Below, in pieces: positions 54,643 to 64,000 of a DNA stretch of 64,000 nt; the first letter of the stretch is position 1; every line of letters starts with the position of its first letter. Below the pieces are notes generated by a model. It saw only the letters and a list, made by a program, of their open reading frames with translations. It had not been told where the DNA came from and ran no database searches. The stretch is from the NCBI RefSeq assembly GCF_009914755.1, contig NC_060925.1; one strand, written 5' to 3'. The stretch is from the human T2T-CHM13v2.0 reference genome, Homo sapiens. The position numbers and the translations under genes were made by a program.

Positions 54643-54766
54643 TTTCCCTCCCTTCCTCCCTCCCACCCTTCTTTGCTCCCTCCTTTCCTCCTTCCATCCC
54701 TCCTCCCTCCCTCCCTCCCTTCCCTTCCTTCCTCCTTCTCTCCTTCTTTCCCTCCTTCCTTCCTTC
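54643..54766. repeat. Polypyrimidine (CCCT/CCTT)n low-complexity tract
   Basis: 124 nt containing only 3 purines. Confidence 0.95.
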
Positions 54767-55692
54767 GGATTTTTTAAAACATATTTTGTTATATATTCAC
54801 TCTCTTTAAGAATAACACTTTGTTTGGTTAACTCCTGCCCCCCAAAACAACAACAATAAAAAACAAAACAAAATTTTACAACTTCCTTTTCTTCTTCTCT
54901 CGTCTGTGGTTGCAAGTCAGTTTTTGTAGCCCTGTCATTATGTGAGGTGGCCTAGAGTAATTTGAATATTTCATTCTCCCGGCTGCTAATGCAGCATGCG
55001 TTACAGATGGTACTTGCTTCATCCTTCTGGACCTGGTTCAATTATAAATGAAAGTAGGGAGCTGAGATTTGTCTTTTTGTCTCTGCTTAGTTGGAATAAC
55101 ACAATAAAGCTTGATGGGTAAGAATTTCTCAAACTGCCTCTTTTTCACCTCGGACATTTCCCAATTAGATTGCTCCTTAGAGTACTTGGTTTGCACTCAC
55201 GTTTGGAGCCAAATGTATAATCATTGTTGTTATTTTTGGATACTTTCTTTCCTCTCACTTGGAATAAGGCTGTATTCTAAAAGTATAAGCAACCTCTGTC
55301 TGCCTGCCCCCACCCATCTTTTTCTTTTTGGTGTCTATTTCTCATCAATTCTTAGCAGTGACTGCATGATTTATTCAAGAATCTTGAGTAAAACCACTTC
55401 CCTCCTCCATACCCTTAAAAGTACTGTCCCCTCACATCACACTACTTAGGGACACATTGGTGGTCAGGGAAAAGGATTTTTCCTCACAGTAAGATGTGTC
55501 TGCTCAGCTCACTAAATCAATATATAAAAATAGAACACACATGTAGAGCAAATTATGCAAATTTATGAGTATAATCTTACATGCACATATTTATTAGACA
55601 CTAGTAGTATTTTAAATGTGTTTGTGTGGAGGAGGGTGTGTGTACACACATGCCAAAAGGCTTTGGGTTTGGTATGTTTTTGGACATTCTAA

Positions 55693-56025
<333 letters not shown>

Positions 56026-57229
56026 CATTGGGACATTATTCTTATGGTCATTTTAGCAAATTGTAAAGCTTGCTATTTAGTTCAGGCTATACCTTTATTT
56101 GGATCAGTGTGAGGGATTTTTTTCCTTCAACCTCAAATTTATGATCACTAAGTGTTGGGCAAATACAGTACTATAGATACTCTTAGAAGGGTGACTAATT
56201 CAAATATCTACCAGTAATGTCAAAGAAGGGGGGATGAACCAACTATATTCTCTAAGATTAATTGATATTGTATTAGATTACATGGGCGCTCCAAGAAGAT
56301 CAATATATATATTTTTTAATTTCACTTTGTTCCTCACGTACTGTTGGAAACCAGCTTTGCAGTGTGACACCTGTGGGCTCAACATTGTTTCACCCTTATT
56401 TTGATGACCTGCCCTTGTAAAGTTAAATAGAATATAAATTGATAGTATCTCCTAGCCTCCCATGGTTCTATAAGTTTAAGTCATTAAGATGAAGAATAAA
56501 GTGTCCTACAGAGAAATTGCCAGCTTAAAAGACAAAGTGTTGGAATGTTACAGTAAGAGCTCTGATGCCCTAGGTCAATACAGGTTGGCAGAAGCAGCAT
56601 AGTTTAGGGAACTCTGTTCTTTTCCGATGCAATTTGCAACAGTCCTCAGCCCAGCATCTCACTTGTTTTTCCTACTATGTTAAATGTGATCCTACCTACC
56701 CTTAGAGATAACAGTGAAAATTAACCTAAAACATAGAGCCAAGTCTTTCAGCAATTTGACATACTTTAAAAAATATAAAGTGTGCTTCATTTTCATATCA
56801 GCTTATGATAACCCACCTTCTGGAACCAACCTGGTAATTAGTTATCTGGGTCTGCAGTGTGCAGTAGGTCCATTCCTCCATGTGTCTCTGTCTATCTTGA
56901 TTTCTGGCTCAGCTTCTGATATCTAAATGATATTCGTTGAGCAATTTGGAACCTAAATGGAGTTAGAAATGCTATTATTCCATATTTTTCAAGTAGTTAA
57001 AAGAACATCTTTGTAGCAAATTTTCTAGGAACACAACAATTAGAAATGTTTAATAACCTGTGGTCACTTTCTTACAATTAATTATCTTGAACTCATTTTC
57101 TGCTAATATCAAATCTTGCCAGAATAATGAAATTGGAGTTCTTATTTTCAGCTAGTTTTCATTTGTCAATCATTGACCTACTTTTCTTTGGAAATTTGTA
57201 ATAAACTGAAAAATAATAGCAGCTGTACT

Positions 57230-57390
57230 AATATTGGTATAATAATTTCCAGTGTACCAAGTACTTTTCATGTATATTATCTCGATTTTGATATCATGAT
57301 AATTCTAAAGGGATAGCTTTTATTTTTCTTAGTTTACAAATGTGAAAACAAACCCAGAGAGGTTAAACAGTCAAAATCACAATTCAAGTC
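57230..57390 (-). mobile_element. MIR fragment
   Basis: 'tttacaaatgtgaaaacaaacccagagaggttaa'. Confidence 0.6.
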
Positions 57391-57399
57391 CAATGTGAA

Positions 57400-57800
57400 T
57401 GTATTAGGATTAGGTTCAAATGTGAGTAGCTGAAACCACATCCACCCCCTTTCAAAACATAGGAAGTAAGATATAAGCAGTTCAGGGCTGGCAGAGTGGC
57501 TCCATAGACCACAAAAAACTTAGGCTCCTTCCTGAGTTTTCACTCAGTCTTCCCTAAAAGGTGATCCTGTGTCATCCTCGTGATCTAAGTTGACTGCTAG
57601 AGCTCCAGCCATTCCATCTGCATTCCAGGCATCAGAATGGAGGAAGGGGCAGAGAATAACTGTAGACTTATTCCTTTTAAAAAAGACTTTCTAGCATAAT
57701 ACTTGTACTACCACTTGTATCCCATCAGTTAGGACTTAGTATTACGACTACATTTAGTTACAAGGGAGTCTTAGACATGTAGCTGGGTAAAAATGTTCCA
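57400..57800 (-). mobile_element. MLT1 (K/L-type) MaLR solo LTR
   Basis: 'tgtattaggattagg..gcagttcagggctggc..ctgctagagctccagccattccatctgcattccaggca..ggacttagt'. Confidence 0.8.
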
Positions 57801-59824
57801 GCTCTTAGAAACGGGGCAAGTTTCTGAAATGTCACTGCACTTGGGTTTAGCTACAGCCTACAGATTTTCCCTAACCAAGAAAGATAGACCGAGGAGTCAT
57901 TTTAATTGTCTAGATCTGATTTGGAACATAGGTGTCATGTTATACTAGAGAATCTGGCTGAGGGCAAAGGCAAATCTTGATCGTATTAATAAATGTTTGC
58001 TGTATTGGGTGTAATTGTACACATTTGCAGCAAGGCACATCCAAAGAGGAGGTGATGTACTTCCCAAGCAACAGCAACACTGAAAAGGGACTGACTCCAA
58101 TCATGCCATGGTGAGCAATCTGTGGAGACAAGAGTGACCACAAACTCTGAAATAAATTCATAAAGATTAATCTGTGTGCTCCAGGCTACTAAATTCACAT
58201 TCCCCCTTGGTGTTACTTCCTACTTAAACTTTAATAGAATGGTTTATAGGATTGTGGAGATTTATAGGATCAATTCCTTGGTTATTTGGTGGCCAGTGGT
58301 CAGGGAACCTAAATGCCGTATATGACCTCAGTAGATAGGGCTTCTTACTGTCAAAACATTATTTCTGGAGGAAAAAAGAATCCAAATTCCCAAGTACCTG
58401 GGCATATACTTTATGCTCTGTAACTCTTGTCAATGAGCTCAGCAAGTGGGGTGTTTTCCCTCAGTTCTTTGTCTTCTATATCAGTTGCCCTAAAGGCTTT
58501 AGGAGTTACAATACACACACACATCATACCTCAGAGGTACTGATGGCAAATAGCTATCTTTGATTTATTTGTATTTTTTAAAGAATAAGATGAAAATAGA
58601 GCACTTATATGTTCACGACAGGAAGGATTTTGTGTGTATTTGTGTATCTGTATAATATTTCACATTGTATATCACTTTAGCCTCTTAATATGATTTTCCT
58701 TAGGTCACAAATCCATATAGAATATTTGACAGTGTAGCTTGCTCTAATATTTTTGTTGCAGTAATGTGGGGATGACCACATTACTCATAAGTGAGCTCTG
58801 CTGGTCTCTTCAGAATGTCAGGAGAAACTTATGGTGCTGCCTGCACCATCACATATTTTATTTAGACCACAGATGTTCAGTCTCATAATTTAGTTGTCTT
58901 ATTTTGTTACATTTTCAGCTGCATTTTTTCTTTTTCTTATCTTGCCTTTATAATTTTATTGGAATTTGTCTAGTTATAGCCCACCTACATGGAAAAAGAC
59001 TATTATTTGTGGCAACTTCGGCCCACAAATCTATATATATAACTTGAAATGCGTAGGTTTCTTATCTAAGAAACCTTTGCACAACCCTATAGGAAATGTA
59101 GAAGTGTGCATATATCTTTACCATTATTGCAGCTACTGTTTCAGTAGTTTCTGTTGGAACATTTGCAATGACTTCCAAAGATAATATTCTTCTAATTTAA
59201 GACTTTGGTTTGGTTTTTATAAGCCAAGTTGTCTTTATTATAATTCTCCTGTGAATTGGTCTTCTTTGGGAAGGAATTTTCTAGCACTGGAGGACAGGTT
59301 TCCATATAGTTATAGGTTAAAATACCCTTCCTCCACCCTCACCTTTCCAGCTTAATTGCTTCTGTCAGCGGCCACATATATGGTTGTCAACAGTTTACAG
59401 ACAGTGATTTAACCCTCAGTTTTAGAAACATATAGAGGTGATGTCTTGACAAAAAAGAGCAAGCAGTATAAAGATGTACATGTAGCCCTACCTACTTCCA
59501 TGATTTTTGTCTCTGCCCAGCAAGAGTCAGTGTTATCTTTAAAAACAAATTGCTTCTGGTATATGTGCGATAACATGTATGTGTGAGATTGTGCACATGT
59601 ACATGTGCAGTGGAGTGGGCATCAATGTATTTTACTGATTGAAGAACACAGAATAATTTCTATTCTCATTTGTTTTGGAAACTTGGAACAGGAAGAGGGA
59701 ACTTGGCTTCATCAATGAAGATGATTGGCTCCCGATAATGGCTCCCTTCTGGTGCCAGATTTAAGGCAGGAAAAAGCAAACAGCTGTTCAAAATGACTTT
59801 CACCTAGTAAACACAGGAGAGAAG

Positions 59825-60058
59825 GCAGCTAACACTTACTGGATGCCTTCTGTGTGCCCAGCTTTAGTCTAATTGCTTTACACATGTTAACTCATTTAAA
59901 CCTGATGGCAATCCTGTGAGATAAATGTGGTTCTCCCCAGTTTACAGATGAAGAAACAACTGAGGCTTTGAGAAGTGAACTGACTCTCCCAGAGTCAGAC
60001 AGCTAACAAGAGGCAGAGGAGTTGGAATTTAACTTAGGTCTGTCTCATTATAAAACCA
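59825..60058 (-). mobile_element. MIR (MIRb-like), near full length
   Basis: 'gctttacacatgttaactcatttaa..ccccagtttacagatgaagaaacaactgaggct..cccagagtcagacagcta'. Confidence 0.85.
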
Positions 60059-60204
60059 TCCAGTTTCCAGGGTACCATGGAAACTTGTGTCACTGTGAGT
60101 CAGATACTCTCATTCTGTCAGGGTGTGAAATGCCCCTTAAAATACTGTTATGTGAAATCATAGCTGGTGGCTTTATGCACTATCCTCACTGACTCTGCTA
60201 ACCT

Positions 60205-60570
60205 TGTTTGAATAAATTAAAAAATATTTATGAACATGTACCATGCCCCTAGCAAAGTTCTAAATGCCGTTGGGGGAAAAAAGAAGGGTAAAATATGGTC
60301 CCTGCCCTTGGATGGGTAACTCTCATTTGGCAATCAGAAAAGCAGTACATGCAGCAGCTGATGGCCATGATGATATTTAATAAATTTGTGACTTGGGTGA
60401 CAACAGAAACTGAATAACTGTATGACATCATTCAAGCACAAAATCCAGAAGCTGAGAAGGGGGAGATTAGTATATGCTAGGTTGAAGGGAATCTAGAAGG
60501 ACAGTTTAAATGTGGCTGCATGGAAGGCTGGAAGGAAGACTTGAGAGAAACAGCTGGACTGAGCAGTGAT
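60205..60570 (-). mobile_element. L2 fragment
   Basis: 'aaatatttatgaacatgtaccatgccc..atggtccctgcccttgga'. Confidence 0.55.
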
Positions 60571-60980
60571 TGTAGAAACATAAAGTGTCATCATTACAGA
60601 TTTAAGAAGAGTAACATCTGCCTGGCACTTTACAGTTTCCAGAGCACTTTATTTTCTTATTTCTATTTTCTCTCACTTCCATTATTATTGTTATTAATCA
60701 TCATCACCCCTGCTTTACCTATGAGGAACACCAATCAAGTACCATCCCTTACACATATTGTGCCCTAGGAAGGGCTCCTGAGGAAATAAATAAAAGACTC
60801 TCATGCTGAGAGAGAAGCAGCAGGACACTTGCTCATGGTCACACAGCTAGTGAGAAGCAGAGACTTGGCCTTATCCCACGCCCTCTGATTCCAAGTTTGG
60901 ATAAAAAATAAAGGCTTTTTCTAGAGTTTTATATTCCTTATCAATGGCTTCCAGTTTACAAATGGGTTGTATTCCAGAAA

Positions 60981-61295
60981 TTTTCTTTTCTTTCCTTTTC
61001 TTTTATTTATTTATTTATTTTATTTTTTTTTTTGAGACAGAGTCTGGCTCTGTCACCCAGCCTGGAATGCAGTAGTGTGATCACTGCAACCTTTGCCTCC
61101 CGGGTTCAAGCGATTCTCCTGCCTCAGCCTCCTTGAGTAGCTGGGATTACAGGCACGCACCACCATATCCAGCTAATCTTTTTGTATTTTTGGTAGAGAC
61201 GGGGTTTCACGATGTTGGTCAGGCTGGTCTCGAACTCCCGACCTCGTGATCCGCCCGCCTCAGCCTCCCAAAGTGCTGGGATTACAGGTGTGAGC
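60981..61295 (-). mobile_element. Alu (AluSg/Sc-like), slightly 5'-truncated
   Basis: Long degenerate T/TTTA/TTTC tail; ends at 'caggtgtgagc'. Confidence 0.93.
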
Positions 61296-61485
61296 TTTTA
61301 TCCTGTTTTTTTTTCTTTGCAACCTATAACACATTTTCAGGAAGTGTCATAAAGCTAGATTCCAAGGTCCATTTGGACCTATTGCAAAAGAGAATATGCC
61401 TTAACTGTGACCTGCTTATTCTGTTTTAATTATGTCTGTTCACTCTTTACAAAATAGTTCTTAATACAAACAATACATTCTGAGG

Positions 61486-61660
61486 CAGGGCAGACTATAT
61501 AATTTGTGGGTCCCAGTACAAAAGGAAAATGTCAACTCTTCATTCAAAAATTAAGTATTTCAAGATGGCGTCATCAGAGCATGAAACCAAACACGGGGTC
61601 CTTCTGCATGAGGGGCCCTGGGGTTCCACACAGGTCTCATGCTCACAAAGCCAGTGCTTT
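61486..61660 (-). mobile_element. MER45A (hAT-Tip100 MITE)
   Basis: 'taatttgtgggtcccagtacaaaa..ttcaaaaattaagtatttcaagatggcg..cagagcatgaaaccaa..ggggccctg..cacaggtc'. Confidence 0.8.
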
Positions 61661-62439
61661 GGTTTAGAATACAAGGAATACCTTTTTATCCTAGAAATTT
61701 TATCAGAGAGTGCGCTGGAGGCATATACATGTGCGGGGCCCGGAGAGGAGGAGTGGACAGGATATGGATTGGATATGGCTTTCTGCGTCCAACTGCACTC
61801 TACTCCTAAGTACCAGGAACGTGTTAACTCTCAGTTGCACAAGGAAAAATATCTCTTGATAAGTCATCCCCAAAGAATTCTGATTTGGAGCAAAGGGGAG
61901 GATGTAAAAGTGGGAGGTAGTACAAACATCAAAAAAAGAAAAAAAAAAAAGGCTTTCTGTACTCACTGCCAACTCAGATTTGGTTCATTTTCAAGTTTAT
62001 AAGTTTATTATTATAAGTGTAGATAAGGCTCATTCTTATGTAGAGGTCCCAGTACCTTCCACATATATTTCTGGCACAGAAAAACAGATGGGATAGAAAT
62101 TTACACAAAAATCACATCTGCCACTCTGGACAATTAAGCAAAACATGAAATTGCAACTAAAAACCACAGGGTATTTAAATAGAACAAGATTTCAAATGAA
62201 GGACTCATGTTGTTGAACCAGAATGTGGTTTAACTCTACATCTTCTGAAAAGGGAGGATATTTTTTGGTCTTTCCATATATACTTTTTTTTTTTCCACAT
62301 CAGTAGATGTGCCTACTTAACGAAAACAACTTTTCTCATTCAGAGAGAGGCTAAGCCAAAATATAGTACTCTTTCGAATCATATTATCTGAAGGGACATG
62401 AAAAGGGAGTAAAAAAAACCTAACATTGATTTCACACCA

Positions 62440-62600
62440 GCCATGTGCTAGGGGCTCAGCAAAACTGCAGACAGCAAGTACAGCCGGCTTTATTTTACAG
62501 TTGAGGAAACAAGCTCTGAGATGTCATCCAAGGCCTCCCAGACAATAAGTGCTAGCTTGGGACTTAAGGCTTGAATTCTAAGTCCAAGCTTGTATTCTTC
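62440..62600 (-). mobile_element. MIR fragment
   Basis: 'attttacagttgaggaaacaagctctgag..ccaaggcctcccaga'. Confidence 0.6.
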
Positions 62601-63068
62601 CCACACACCAGACTACCCATCCTGTTCTGAATTCCAACACAAGAAGCCCAGGACACAGAGGGGCACAGGGCCTGCAAAGCAATCCAGCCCCTCAACCTTG
62701 CAGGAACCCAATCATCAAGAGGGGAGACCCTACTATTAACATTCTCTGGGTCCTCATGGAGGCTGAGCACTGCTTTATAACTTTGCTTTTGCTCCCTTAA
62801 ATGTTTCGGAAATGTGACTTGGATTTATAGATTGCAACGGCTTTCCATTGTGTGAAACCCAGTGGTTCCCGATAGAATGGTTCCAGCCAGCAAGAACAGT
62901 TGCCTTGTGCTGAGTGTAGCGGAAGAAGACAATAATTGACAGAGAAGCATATCATCTCTTTCTACCCAGTGTACCCAATCCACTCTGCCTCATCTCCCCA
63001 CCATGGACCTGGAATGTTGTCAACCTACTTGTGTGAGATAAGAAAACTCTCATTAAGAAATCCATTCA

Positions 63069-63353
63069 TCACGCCTGTAATCCCAGCCCTTTGGGAGGCT
63101 GAGGCAGGCAGATCACTTGAGGCCAGTAGTTCAAGCCCAGCCTGGGCGATATGGTGAAATCTGTTTCTACTAAAAATACAGAAATTAACTGGGTGTGGTG
63201 GCACACGCCTGTAATCCCCCAGCTACTCTAGAGGCTTAGGCATGAGAATTGGTTGAACCCAGGAGGCGGAGGTTGCAGTGAGCTGAGATCACACCACTGC
63301 ACTCCAGCCTGGGCAACAGGGTGAGACTCTGTCTCAAAAAGAAAAAAAAAAAA
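63069..63353 (+). mobile_element. Alu (AluSz/Jb-like), 5'-truncated
   Basis: Begins at 'tcacgcctgtaatccc'; A tail runs into a GGAA-rich stretch. Confidence 0.93.
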
Positions 63354-64000
63354 GAGGAAAGAAGGAAAGAAGGAAGGCAGGCCAGCCATTCAAATTGATT
63401 CGAACATCAGATTCTTTGAACTTGCACATGTGATGTGGTTTGACTCCCTTATAAATACATCGAATTTGGTGGCTTAAAGCTTTAGAGTGGATCATGAAGA
63501 ATCTCACAGGGGTCAAATGAGACTCTGGCCCCAAATTATGGATCTGTACTTGGGGTACATTTTCTTTCCTGGCCCCTACAAAGGTGAGCAGAAGACACAT
63601 TTCCTTTGGTGTCAGAAGTGGCTTCATCTTTGTGGTCCTGCAGGGTAAAGTGTGACACAAGAGAAGACTTAGGTCCAGAAGATGCTATACATAAAGTGGG
63701 GAAAGCACCTTGCCCCTAATGAAGGCCCCTGAGACATGCACTCTTTTCTGCCCTTCACATGATGAAGTCTCACTTTGACATTTATTAAATGGGCCCGGTA
63801 GAACCAGTCCTCTCCTAAGGCTGTTGTAAGGACCAGATGAGGTCTTGTGTGTGCTGTACAAATGGGAATGACACCATCATAACCAGGAAGATTGAGTTGG
63901 AGTTGGAAATCTAGGGAGCATGGCAAATGTGGACCTTGAGCCAACTTTTATTACTGTGGCACCAAATCATTTATGAATAACTTATATATAAGTGATGAAA

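Noticed and set aside
54490-54915. 141-aa R/G/E-rich ORF
   Set aside because: Product of the (CCCT/CCTT)n tract.
61529-62002. Longest ORF (157 aa)
   Set aside because: Starts inside MER45A, runs through a poly-A tract, no recognisable homology.

Overview
This is primate non-coding genomic DNA, almost certainly human: it carries an Alu with all six AluYg6 diagnostic bases. I find no supportable protein-coding exon, tRNA, rRNA or CRISPR array. The ORF-track ORFs are short and are either repeat-derived (Alu, microsatellite, MER/L1) or show no recognisable protein similarity. The window holds 15 Alu/FLAM copies, L1/L2/MIR fragments, two MLT1 solo LTRs and DNA-transposon relics (MER5A, MER30, MER45A, Charlie1b-like, an intact MADE1 hairpin). 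It also has several microsatellites and repeat-free blocks with CpG retention or developmental TF-motif clusters (GATA, homeodomain, bHLH, MEIS/PBX, FOX). L1s and LTRs lie on the minus strand and free (GT)n tracts read GT on +, which suggests the interior of a very large intron transcribed on +; I cannot name the host gene. Most notable: (1) cassette-exon-like segments abutting UG tracts, resembling TDP-43-repressed cryptic exons; (2) four helically phased TAATTA sites; (3) a GATA-dense CpG-retaining element; (4) three inverted repeats within 125 bp; (5) a close inverted Alu pair; (6) recent variants (AluYg6, a perfect 39-bp duplication). Repeat subfamily names come from remembered consensus sequences, not from a database search. 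Nothing here demonstrates a new biological system.
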